Assembly: GCA_028870105.1 (NCBI GenBank)
Contig: JAGWQI010000001.1
Location: 1-39,722, forward strand
DNA: 39,722 nt
Direction: 5' to 3'
Source of the DNA: Patescibacteria group bacterium
GTDB lineage: Bacteria; Patescibacteriota; Doudnabacteria; UBA920
Part shown: in pieces, positions 8,496 to 16,428 of the stretch
How positions within the stretch are numbered: position 1 is the first letter of the stretch
Layout of the letters: each line of letters begins with the position of its first letter
The notes under the pieces: generated by a model
Databases searched by the model: none
Seen by the model: the letters and a program-made list of their open reading frames with translations, nothing else
Told to the model about the DNA's origin: nothing
Translations under genes and position numbers: made by a program

Positions 8496-8735
8496 ATGGT
8501 AGAAGTCAAAAAGAAAGAAAACGAGTCGTTTGATTCCTTGCTGCGCCGCTTTAATCGCAAGATCCAGCAGAGCGGCGTTTTGGTGCGTGCCCGCAAAACC
8601 CGTTTTTTTGAACCGCCCAAGAGCCGCAATCTTCAAAAAGTTGCGGCCCGCCGTCGCGCCCAGATTCGTTCGCAAAAAGAAGAGCTTAAACGGTTGGGTA
8701 AACCCATGCCGCCTAAGCGATACGGCAGAAGGTAA
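8496..8735 (+). CDS. rpsU: 30S ribosomal protein S21
   Basis: MVEVKKKENESFDSLLRRFNRKIQQSGVLVRARKTRFFEPP. SD AGAGG lies 8 nt upstream of ATG 8496; the track start, GTG 8487, lies inside the SD. Confidence 0.9.
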   Translation: MVEVKKKENESFDSLLRRFNRKIQQSGVLVRARKTRFFEPPKSRNLQKVAARRRAQIRSQKEELKRLGKPMPPKRYGRR

Positions 8736-8843
8736 TCGGGATAATGAAAATGCAAAAGCCAAAATGAAAGATGTAAAGAGTCTCATTTGCCGCGACGCGT
8801 AGGCATTTAAATTTTGAGTTTTGACTTTAAACTTTAATTTTCC

Positions 8844-9296
8844 ATGCTTTCACTTCAGCAGATAGAATCCGACCTTAAGGACGCTTTAAAAGCGCGCGAC
8901 AGCTTGCGCGCCGATACTTTGCGTGGCTTGAAAACCCGCGTTCAGAATGAGCTAACTAAGGCCGGCAGCAAGCCGGGTCAGGATTTGTCTGAATCCGAAA
9001 TTTTCGCGCTGATCCGTTCGGAAATCAAGAAACGCCGGGATTCAGCTGAGGCTTTTAAGCAAGGTAACCGCCCTGAGCAGGCTAAGAAGGAAGAAGACGA
9101 GGCCGCGCTGCTGCAGCACTATTTGCCCGCGCAGATGCCCGAAGCGCAGTTGGCGCAGATTGTTGACCAGGCCATTGCCGACATGTCGGCTCTGCCCGCG
9201 GATTTTGGCAAGGTTATGGGCAAGCTGAAGGCGCAACTGGGCGATCAGGCCGACGGCGCCACGCTGTCGCGGCTATTAAGAGAACGCTTAAAGTAA
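8844..9296 (+). CDS. yqeY: GatB/YqeY domain protein
   Basis: 150 aa. The LKDALKARDSLRADTLRGLKTRVQNE opening and LLQHYLP...GKVMGKLK are typical of YqeY. Confidence 0.85.
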   Translation: MLSLQQIESDLKDALKARDSLRADTLRGLKTRVQNELTKAGSKPGQDLSESEIFALIRSEIKKRRDSAEAFKQGNRPEQAKKEEDEAALLQHYLPAQMPEAQLAQIVDQAIADMSALPADFGKVMGKLKAQLGDQADGATLSRLLRERLK

Positions 9297-9315
9297 GTCA
9301 AAACGGAAAAATCAA

Positions 9316-9376
9316 AATGCAAAATCACATGTTAAATTTTAAAAATGGCAACGCGTAATTATTTTGATTTTGCATT
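9316..9376. repeat. 12-bp perfect inverted repeat AATGCAAAATCA / TGATTTTGCATT (37-nt spacer) followed by a T-rich tract; possible long-loop terminator of yqeY
   Basis: Arms at 9316..9327 and 9365..9376, followed by GTCATTTTTATTTT. Confidence 0.6.
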
Positions 9377-9410
9377 GTCATTTTTATTTTGATAGTGAAT
9401 TTTAATTTTC

Positions 9411-10658
9411 ATGAGCAAGGAAACTTACATTGTCGGGTTAGACGTGGGTACAGCCAACATCCGCGCGGTGCAGGCCAAGCTGGAAGGCGAGACCGGGCGG
9501 TTTAACGTCATTGGCGCCAGCGAAGCGCCCAGCCAAGGCTTGCGGCGCGGCGTTATTGTGGATATTGAAGAGGCCGTTTCCAGCGTGGCCGTGGCTTTGG
9601 AAAATCTCGAGCGCATGACCGGCGTGCCGGTGGAGGCGGCTAACGTTAGCATTGGCGGCAACCACATTACTTCCGTGGCTTCCCACGGAGTTATTGCCGT
9701 CTCGAGGGCCGACGGCGAAATTATGGAAAGCGATATTGTCCGCGCCGTGGACGCTTCGCAGGTTATTTCCATTCCCAACAATCGCGAGGTGCTGCACGTG
9801 TTCCCAAAAAGTTTTATCCTCGACGGCCAAACTGGCATTAAGGATCCTTTGGGCATGAGCGGTATCCGCTTGGAGGTGGATACCTTAATTGTCCAGGCCG
9901 GCTTGCCGTTTGTTAAAAATCTGACTAAGGCCATTACTCAGGCGGGATTGGAAATTGAGGACTTGGTTTTGGCTCCGTGCGCCGCGGCTGAAGCGGTTTT
10001 GAGCAAACGCCAGCGCGAGCTGGGCGTGGCTCTGGTGGATTTGGGCGCGGGCACAACCAGCTTGGCGATTTACGAGGAAGGTGACTTGCTGCATACGGCC
10101 GTGATTCCCATTGGCCAGATGCACGTGACCAACGATATTGCCATTGGCCTGCGCTGCAGCATTGACACGGCGGAAAAAGTTAAATTGCTGTACGGCCATT
10201 GCGACGTTAAGGCCATTGACCGTGAAGAGGAGATTGACCTGTCCAAGCTCGATTCCAGCGAGGAGCAATCGGCCCTGCGCGGCTACGTGGTGGAAATAAT
10301 TGAGGCGCGGCTGGAAGAAATTTTTGATCGCGTGAACGCCGAGCTAAAAAAATCCGGCCGCGACGGCAAACTGCCGGCCGGGCTGGTTTTAACCGGCGGC
10401 GGCAGCAAACTGCCGGGCGCGGTGGAGTTTGCCAAAAAGCGCCTGCGCTTGCCGGCCGGGTTGGGTATGCCGCAAAACGTGACTACGGTCATTGACCGTG
10501 TGGATGACCCGGCCTTTGCCACGGCCGTGGGTTTGGTGTTGTGGGGTGGTAAGTTTTCAGCTGGCGGCGGCGACAAGCTGGCCAGCTTTATGTCCGGCTG
10601 GCTGCAAAAGGACAGCGTGGCGAAACTGCGCAAGTGGCTGAAATCCTTTTTGCCGTAG
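9411..10658 (+). CDS. ftsA: Cell division protein FtsA
   Basis: Actin-fold motifs VGLDVGTANIRAV, DLGAGTTSLAIY and LVLTGGGSKLPG. The C-terminal amphipathic tail is LRKWLKSFLP. Confidence 0.95.
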   Translation: MSKETYIVGLDVGTANIRAVQAKLEGETGRFNVIGASEAPSQGLRRGVIVDIEEAVSSVAVALENLERMTGVPVEAANVSIGGNHITSVASHGVIAVSRADGEIMESDIVRAVDASQVISIPNNREVLHVFPKSFILDGQTGIKDPLGMSGIRLEVDTLIVQAGLPFVKNLTKAITQAGLEIEDLVLAPCAAAEAVLSKRQRELGVALVDLGAGTTSLAIYEEGDLLHTAVIPIGQMHVTNDIAIGLRCSIDTAEKVKLLYGHCDVKAIDREEEIDLSKLDSSEEQSALRGYVVEIIEARLEEIFDRVNAELKKSGRDGKLPAGLVLTGGGSKLPGAVEFAKKRLRLPAGLGMPQNVTTVIDRVDDPAFATAVGLVLWGGKFSAGGGDKLASFMSGWLQKDSVAKLRKWLKSFLP

Positions 10659-10687
10659 GTTTACGGTCGGGAACGTAAAATAAATAT

Positions 10688-10712
10688 AGACGCCAGTAAG
10701 GCGTCTTTTTTC
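10688..10712 (+). terminator. Rho-independent terminator directly after ftsA
   Basis: AGACGCC-AGTAA-GGCGTCT followed by T6. Confidence 0.8.
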
Positions 10713-10783
10713 TTGGTATTAAGCCAAGTTTTTAGTTTGAGTGTTATTTTATGGCTTAAAAATAGTGCGTTTTAAGCCGAGTC

Positions 10784-10812
10784 TTGACATTTTCCAAAAA
10801 AGAGTGTATAGT
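10784..10812 (+). promoter_or_regulatory. Near-consensus promoter TTGACA-17-TATAGT for the ORFan block, abutted upstream by palindrome GGCTTAAAA-N8-TTTTAAGCC (10753..10778)
   Basis: TTGACA at 10784..10789 and TATAGT at 10807..10812. It carries the same GTCTTGACA word as the promoter at 1831..1839. Confidence 0.6.
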
Positions 10813-10899
10813 TATAGGTTATATTTAAAGCTCTAAACAGCCTTAAATATAGCAAGTACTTTGCAAAAATTAGGAGGATTTAAGCGTTATTTAGGAAGT

Positions 10900-10946
10900 G
10901 GTCATAGCAATAAGCCTGTAAAGTTTATAGGTTTGTTGCTATGACC
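10900..10946 (+). promoter_or_regulatory. 11-bp perfect leader hairpin whose 3' arm contains the start codon of the 393-aa gene
   Basis: GGTCATAGCAA (10900..10910) pairs with TTGCTATGACC (10936..10946); the ATG is at 10941. AGGAGG lies at 10872..10877 and AGGAAG at 10893..10898 upstream. Confidence 0.5.
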
Positions 10947-12122
10947 AACTTCAAAAGCACAATTTTTGCGGCGTGCCTCGCGGCCGCCATGTTCGTGTTT
11001 TTCGCCACCGCCGCTGTGGCCCAAACCCCGGTTCCGCAGGGATGTTTTCTGCTGCAGACCGGGCAGACTTTTTGCCCGGTCCAGCCGTCCGCTCCTACGC
11101 CCGCTCCGACCGCTACCTCATCCGCAGCGCAGCTGCGGACGGCGATTTCGGAGGCCCAGGATATTAACCGCCAACTTCAGGCTGTACAGCAGCCAGGAGT
11201 CCCGTGGCCGATGTTCTGGTCAATCGCCTTCATTATTGTGTTATTGGCGGTAATCGCGGGGATTTACGTGTGGTGGCTGTCACAGCACCACCCGACGATC
11301 CGGACGAGTATTCGTCCGGCTGACGGCCAGGCGCAGGTTAACTTTGTACCTGTGCTGCCGCCCCCGCCCGCACCCGCGCCTGCCCCGGCTCCCGCGCCGT
11401 TGCCTGCTGGCACTCCCGCGCCTGGCAACTGTGGCACGTGCGGTACCGCGTATCCGGCGGCCGCTCGTTTCTGCGCCGCTTGCGGCCGGGTGCTCCCGTT
11501 GGTTTTGTTCGCGCTGTTGCTGTTTGGTTTTAGCCATACGGCCATGGCGCAGCAGAACAATGAGGTACGCTATGCATGCGTGGTTAACGGCGTGCCGGGT
11601 TTCTGCTCGCAGCCTCCGGCTGCGACGCCTGCCCCGGCCTCCGCTCCCGCAGCGCCCGCGCCTCCGGCCCCCGCGCCGCGCCGCCACATTGCTGCCCCGG
11701 CCTCCGCTCCCGCAGCTTCCACGCCGCAGCAGCAGGTTGAGGCGATCACGAGAGGCGTGATCCAGGCCCTGCGCGAGCAGGGTGTGGTGGCGCCCGCGAC
11801 GTCTCCGAAGCCTACTGCCAGTTCTCTTTCTGAGGTGACTCAGGAAGTGGCGGACAGGATTTCTGCCGTGGAAACGCGGCAGAACATGATTACCAATCAG
11901 CAGAACATGATTGGTAATCGCCTCGGCGGTGTGGAAGCCGACCTTAAAAGGGTCGGCGACTACGCCAATAAGGTGGGGGAGCTTTCGGCGGCCACGGCCG
12001 CCGGGGCCATCCCCAAAATGTCCGAAAAGGGCGGGGGGAACAGCCCGGCTTGCCGGGCCTACCAGGCCCTGCAGGCTGTGGCGGGGGAGGTTAGTGGCCG
12101 CGCTCCGCGCGGCTGCAAATAA
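10941..12122 (+). CDS. Hypothetical Pro/Ala-rich envelope protein: signal peptide, TM, zinc ribbon, second TM, coiled-coil C-terminus
   Basis: - Signal-like N-terminus: MTNFKSTIFAACLAAAMFVFFATAAVAQ.
- First TM: MFWSIAFIIVLLAVIAGIYVWWL.
- Zinc ribbon: CGTC-x11-CAAC.
- Second hydrophobic segment: VLPLVLFALLLFGFSHTAMAQ.
- PAPAPAP linkers.
- No family recognised. Confidence 0.7.
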   Translation: MTNFKSTIFAACLAAAMFVFFATAAVAQTPVPQGCFLLQTGQTFCPVQPSAPTPAPTATSSAAQLRTAISEAQDINRQLQAVQQPGVPWPMFWSIAFIIVLLAVIAGIYVWWLSQHHPTIRTSIRPADGQAQVNFVPVLPPPPAPAPAPAPAPLPAGTPAPGNCGTCGTAYPAAARFCAACGRVLPLVLFALLLFGFSHTAMAQQNNEVRYACVVNGVPGFCSQPPAATPAPASAPAAPAPPAPAPRRHIAAPASAPAASTPQQQVEAITRGVIQALREQGVVAPATSPKPTASSLSEVTQEVADRISAVETRQNMITNQQNMIGNRLGGVEADLKRVGDYANKVGELSAATAAGAIPKMSEKGGGNSPACRAYQALQAVAGEVSGRAPRGCK

Positions 12123-12145
12123 CCCAAATAACGCTTCAGCAGTTT

Positions 12146-12204
12146 GGGGGAGAGGAACCTTAAAGGGATTGTTTACACACAATCCGCCTCTCCCCAAGTT
12201 TTTC
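12146..12204 (+). terminator. Two-tier hairpin plus T-run between the two envelope genes (terminator/attenuator-like)
   Basis: Outer stem GGGGAGAGG (12147..12155) / CCTCTCCCC (12187..12195). Inner stem GGATTGT (12166..12172) / ACAATCC (12179..12185). Followed by AAGTTTTTCC. Confidence 0.5.
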
Positions 12205-12209
12205 CAGGT

Positions 12210-12238
12210 TTGCCTTGGTTAAAGACAGCGGCTAAACT
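12210..12238 (+). promoter_or_regulatory. Weak candidate promoter TTGCCT-17-TAAACT
   Basis: Hexamers at 12210..12215 and 12233..12238. Sequence match only. Confidence 0.3.
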
Positions 12239-12279
12239 AGTTTGGCCTTTGTGTTTAAAAGGTAAAAGGAGGATACCAG

Positions 12280-12331
12280 ATCATCATAGCGGTAAGCGCG
12301 GCATTGTTGCTGTGTTTGCGGCTATGATGAT
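12280..12331 (+). promoter_or_regulatory. 11-bp perfect leader hairpin whose 3' arm contains the ATGATGATG start of the next gene
   Basis: ATCATCATAGC (12280..12290) pairs with GCTATGATGAT (12321..12331). AAGGAGG at 12266..12272 lies 7 nt 5' of the stem. Confidence 0.5.
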
Positions 12332-12998
12332 GCTAATTTTTGCATTGCTGTTTGGCGCCGTTTTGCCCGCTCAGACGCGGGCCGATGGCAAAGTGCGGTT
12401 TTTTATGCCGCGCGCGGACTCGCCCACTGCCATGCGGCGGTGCGGCAGCGACTTGGAGGCTCTCAAGAAATTGGGGAGCCTCCAACGTTACGTTTTTAGC
12501 GGGTCAGAACGCCTGACCGAGATGGCGTTCTGTGGAGCCACCGGCGGAATAGATCGCGTACACGTGTACGCGGTGCCGGCCGGCACCGTTGGCTGGCTCA
12601 AGCCAGACGGCTCGGGCCGCATCGTCCTGGAAGAGTGCGTCAATGACGCAATCTGTAAGGGCTGCGAATTACCTAAGCCGTTTGCGCCGGCCGCACCGCC
12701 GCCTGTGGAAGCGCCGCCGCCTACCCCGGCAGTCATGCTGTTGCCACCGCCTGAACCGGTGGCGCTTAATGACCTGCCGCCGGCGCCCGCGGCGTGGCAG
12801 CAGCCGGAAATTTCGGTCGAGCTCCTTTGGGAGATTGGCCGGAAGTTCCCGATTCCGTGCTATCCCCGCGAGCGGGGGTGGTACGGCACGGGGCTGCCGA
12901 TCGCCGAATGCGCTGCTGTTGGCGCCATCGCCTGGTGGCTGTGGCCGGCAGCAGCAGTGGTTGGCACCAAAGTACCGGTGCCGGTCATCACGCCGTAA
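12324..12998 (+). CDS. Hypothetical secreted/anchored Cys- and Pro-rich protein
   Basis: Start taken at MMMLIFALLFGAVLPAQTRA (signal-peptide-like) rather than the track start 12144, which would read through the terminator-like hairpin. It has a Pro-rich linker and a C-terminal hydrophobic segment AAVGAIAWWLWPAAAVVG. Confidence 0.65.
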   Translation: MMMLIFALLFGAVLPAQTRADGKVRFFMPRADSPTAMRRCGSDLEALKKLGSLQRYVFSGSERLTEMAFCGATGGIDRVHVYAVPAGTVGWLKPDGSGRIVLEECVNDAICKGCELPKPFAPAAPPPVEAPPPTPAVMLLPPPEPVALNDLPPAPAAWQQPEISVELLWEIGRKFPIPCYPRERGWYGTGLPIAECAAVGAIAWWLWPAAAVVGTKVPVPVITP

Positions 12999-13017
12999 AA
13001 GTCGGCAGCAAACGCTC

Positions 13018-13058
13018 AGCCGGGACGACTCACGTTGTCCCGGCTTTTCTTTTTTTTA
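13018..13058 (+). terminator. Rho-independent terminator
   Basis: AGCCGGGAC-N10-GTCCCGGCT followed by TTTTCTTTTTTTT. Confidence 0.8.
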
Positions 13059-13098
13059 TTTTTATGGTTAAATAAAAGCAAATAGATTTAAACATTTT

Positions 13099-15636
13099 AT
13101 GTCCGAAGAAACCAAAGAAAAAATCATTGACGTGAGTTTTAGCGCGGTAAAAGCGGGTGAGCCGGCTGAGGCCATAAATGCCCCGGAGACGGCCGAAGTA
13201 GAAACCGTGGCCCCAGAGCCTAAAGCGGAATCAAAAGTAAATGTTAAAGGCTTTCGGCGCCGGCGCCGGGCCAGAGTGAGCTCGACTTTAATTGATTACG
13301 GCGACTTTCGGGCCTTTGAGGCCACTAAGGAATTGGACATTCGGGGCAAAAAGGTCCAGGTGCCGGATTTCCGCATTATCGTCAATGACGAATTAATCAA
13401 CGAGCTGGTTAAGCGCCGGCTCTTGAAAAAGGAAGACCAGGCCGTTCCGGCAAAAATTGAGCAGGCCTTACGGCCGTTGCTGGACAAGGTGCTGCGCAAT
13501 AATTGGGATTTTGACCCCAAAGACTTGCGCGTGGAAGGCCGGGGCGACAACATGGAGCTGGTAATGCAAATGGATAAGCGCGATATGCGCGTGCCGTTTG
13601 CCGACGCCCGCATGGTCATGAAAAATGTTTTGGGGCAGGATAACGGCTACTTAAACGCGGCCTACGAGGCCCGCAAAAACCCCCGTTATTATCAAAAATT
13701 AAAAAAATATTGGAACGACGCCCAATTTCAGCAATTTAAAGACGACTTCCAGAATATTTCCAACCGTTCGCTTAAAACTTTGCAGGAAACCGTTTCAGCT
13801 GGAAAGAATTGGGAGGCGGAATATTTGGCGGCCAAGGAGCTGCTGGTCAAGGAGGGCGCGGCTGAAGGAACGGATTCGGCGAAATTAGACGGGGCGCGCG
13901 AACTGGTGCGGGCCGTGGAAGACGTGGTGCTGCAGGCTGGCGTGCCGAATTATCGCGACACGATTTTGCACCAAGCCTTGCTCGAACGGCTGAAAAATTA
14001 CGAACAAATCGCTAAGCGGGAGAACGAAGACTTGTTGACCAAGGTTTTGGCCGAGCCGGAAAGCTACCCCTGGAGCCGCCTGCAGAAGTTATTGGCCAAA
14101 GAGAGGCCTGAGGCCAAGGCGCAACTTTATTCCCAGCTGCTTAATTCCGCCGGAGTTTATCGGTCGTATAGGTGGGTGGAAGACAAAGCTTTTGTAAAGA
14201 ACGGGCAGGACCCGGAAAAGTGGCCGTTTCCGCTTAAGCGGCCGCGCAATTTTTTGTCCCTGTCCGCCAGGGCCGCGCTGGAAGTGCTGCAACGCCAGTC
14301 CCGGCAGCCGGAGTACGAATTGCCGCCGACGCGGTTTTTTGAGCAGGCGGTGGTAACAGAGTTCGCCGGCAGCGTCCCGGAGCTTAGGCCCGAGCAACAG
14401 CCGGCGGTTGTGATTCAGGAAGAAAGCGGTAAAGGGTTTTTGCGTTTGTACTTAAAGCACCCAAAAAAGGCCGACGAAACCAGGAGATTTTATTTGCCGA
14501 TTGGCGGCGGCGGGCTATTGCGGGCGCCGGAGCAGAATGACGCGCATAAATTTTACGAGGCGGGGCAGCATTTGTTTGAAGGGCGTAATAGTTTTAATTT
14601 GGCCATTACTTGGGAAGGCGGGGACGATAGCGACCCGGTGTTTTCGTTCGCGGCGCAAGGCTTAGGCGGCCAAGTTAAAAAGCGGCTTAGTGAGTTGCAG
14701 TCTAATTTGGATTTTGGCAGCTTGCTGGAAAGCAAAATTTGCGTTGCGGAGTTTTTGGCCTGGAAGAAACGCGAAAAAACCGAAGGGCGCGCGAAATTAG
14801 ACGAATCCGGCGCCTATAATCGGGAATTGACCACTGACCAGCGCAACCAAATAGGCCGCATGACCGGTATTTTATCCTACCGCGGCATTCCGTCTTTGGG
14901 CGAGCAGCTAATCGCCGAGCATATTAGTAAGGTTTTAAGTTTGGAATCGGATTTAACGAGGCAGGCATCCTTAAAACGCCGGGTTAAGATTGGCGGCGCT
15001 TTAAAGACCGAAGCTGCGGTTGCCGAACGGCAGCCGGTTTTGCCGGAAATCAAGTATTCCTCGGCGGAAACGGATTTTATTAAGGAATTGGTTTACAGCG
15101 AGGTTCCGTCCGGGTCGGATTTTATGTCGGCCAGCGAGCTGCAAACCGCGATTTTGGCTAAAGCCCAAGAATTTAAGTTGCAACCGGCGGCGCTGACCTT
15201 GAGGCTTTTGAAGTCTTTGGAAAATTTGCTGGCCGGGCAAAAGCAAATTTTGTCTCGCGGCATTGGTGATTTGGAATTAGCCAAACAATTTAAGCGCCAG
15301 GTTAAGTTAAGTCCGGAAGAGAGTTTGGAAATTTTGGTTAAGGGTTTGCGCGCGGCGCTGCGCGACATCGCGGTGTCCGGCGAGGTTTTACCTTCCGAGC
15401 GGGCTGTGGTGTTTGCCGAAAGCTTGGAACAGCAGGGATTGTCGTCACCGGAACTGCGGCGGTTTTGCGCCAGCCAGTACGACGTATTTATGGATCGAAC
15501 TGATCCGAGCAAGCCATTGGATTCCCGCGAAGCGAAGTTCCGGAATTTTTGGCAAAGCTTGGGGCAAAACATGGCTCAAAGGGCGGCGGTTAGCCGGCAA
15601 TTGGGCGGCGGTGAACAAACAAAACTAATCTCATGA
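13099..15636 (+). CDS. Hypothetical 845-aa soluble protein, no recognisable family
   Basis: Long uninterrupted ORF with ordinary amino-acid composition. It has an acidic N-terminus followed by an RRRRRAR run. No P-loop and no TM segment. Its stop overlaps the next start (ATGA). Confidence 0.85.
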   Translation: MSEETKEKIIDVSFSAVKAGEPAEAINAPETAEVETVAPEPKAESKVNVKGFRRRRRARVSSTLIDYGDFRAFEATKELDIRGKKVQVPDFRIIVNDELINELVKRRLLKKEDQAVPAKIEQALRPLLDKVLRNNWDFDPKDLRVEGRGDNMELVMQMDKRDMRVPFADARMVMKNVLGQDNGYLNAAYEARKNPRYYQKLKKYWNDAQFQQFKDDFQNISNRSLKTLQETVSAGKNWEAEYLAAKELLVKEGAAEGTDSAKLDGARELVRAVEDVVLQAGVPNYRDTILHQALLERLKNYEQIAKRENEDLLTKVLAEPESYPWSRLQKLLAKERPEAKAQLYSQLLNSAGVYRSYRWVEDKAFVKNGQDPEKWPFPLKRPRNFLSLSARAALEVLQRQSRQPEYELPPTRFFEQAVVTEFAGSVPELRPEQQPAVVIQEESGKGFLRLYLKHPKKADETRRFYLPIGGGGLLRAPEQNDAHKFYEAGQHLFEGRNSFNLAITWEGGDDSDPVFSFAAQGLGGQVKKRLSELQSNLDFGSLLESKICVAEFLAWKKREKTEGRAKLDESGAYNRELTTDQRNQIGRMTGILSYRGIPSLGEQLIAEHISKVLSLESDLTRQASLKRRVKIGGALKTEAAVAERQPVLPEIKYSSAETDFIKELVYSEVPSGSDFMSASELQTAILAKAQEFKLQPAALTLRLLKSLENLLAGQKQILSRGIGDLELAKQFKRQVKLSPEESLEILVKGLRAALRDIAVSGEVLPSERAVVFAESLEQQGLSSPELRRFCASQYDVFMDRTDPSKPLDSREAKFRNFWQSLGQNMAQRAAVSRQLGGGEQTKLIS

Positions 15637-16418
15637 ACGAAATCGAACTCAGACGGACCTTAGAAGAGCGGCAGCGGGAAGCTGCCGCGGCCATGGTGGG
15701 TGAAATGCAGACGCAAATGTCGGAATTGGCCGAAGCGCAAATGTTGGACGCTTGTATTGACTTAGCCAGGCAGGAGCTGTTACAATGCTCGGCTACCCCC
15801 CTAGGCGTTTATGAAGCTTTGCAAAAAGTCCATAAGAGCGCCGGTCCGGCGCAGCAGCTTGATAAGGATCGGCTGGAGGCGTTTAACCGGCGGTTAGCGG
15901 GAAATATTATTGAGTGGTTGGAGCGGGTGACTAATATCCAGGTGCGCTCGGCCCTGCAAGCGCGGACCGAGGCGGACCCAAAGACCAATGAGTGGAAAGA
16001 ATTTTATAAGATTACGGCCGAGGTCTTAACTAAAATGCGGGAGGTAAAACAAGAGCGGCCGGTTCCCGCCGCCTCGGATTTAGCAGATTTGGGGATTGCG
16101 CTAGAAGATGTTAAAGCCGAAGTAAAAATACCGGAGCCGGAAGCCGGCGTTGACGTTATTCCACCCGGGGGGTTTATAGACACAGTCGCGGAAGAGCCTA
16201 CTGCGGAAGAGCCGGAAAAGTTGCCGCTGTTTGTAAAAATTCTGGAAACGGCTAAAGAGAACGCGTTTGCCGATTTTATGTCCCGCAAGCAAGACCCGAA
16301 AAATCCGTTTCCGTTAGAGAAGCTAAGGCAAGTGTTTGAGTCCTTATGGGAGCTTGAAGAATATAAAGCCAAGGAGCAAATTTTGGAGGCTTTAAAAAAG
16401 GCCGGCGTAATTAAGTAA
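15633..16418 (+). CDS. Hypothetical 261-aa acidic protein
   Basis: ATGA overlap with the upstream gene (15633..15636) implies translational coupling. Glu-rich; no motifs recognised. Confidence 0.8.
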   Translation: MNEIELRRTLEERQREAAAAMVGEMQTQMSELAEAQMLDACIDLARQELLQCSATPLGVYEALQKVHKSAGPAQQLDKDRLEAFNRRLAGNIIEWLERVTNIQVRSALQARTEADPKTNEWKEFYKITAEVLTKMREVKQERPVPAASDLADLGIALEDVKAEVKIPEPEAGVDVIPPGGFIDTVAEEPTAEEPEKLPLFVKILETAKENAFADFMSRKQDPKNPFPLEKLRQVFESLWELEEYKAKEQILEALKKAGVIK

Positions 16419-16428
16419 ACATAATGTT

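Noticed and set aside
11280-12197. 305-aa minus-strand ORF, and the 138-aa, 95-aa and 98-aa ORFs overlapping 10966-11760
   Set aside because: The translations are extreme Arg/Gly runs (RRRGRHH, GGRRRGRCGSGGRGRRRS). These are shadows of the Pro/Ala-rich (CCG/GCC) plus-strand gene. They have no start context and no terminator.
12144-12323. N-terminal 60 codons of the 284-aa track ORF
   Set aside because: This stretch spans the terminator-like two-tier hairpin and the SD. The signal-peptide-like MMMLIFALLFG at 12324 is a far more plausible start.
10941-12998. GC-rich island as proof of horizontal transfer
   Set aside because: The GC excess is visible by eye, but much of it follows from Pro/Ala codons (CCN/GCN). 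There are no mobility genes and no flanking repeats. I could not compute GC3 or codon adaptation, so HGT is left open rather than claimed.
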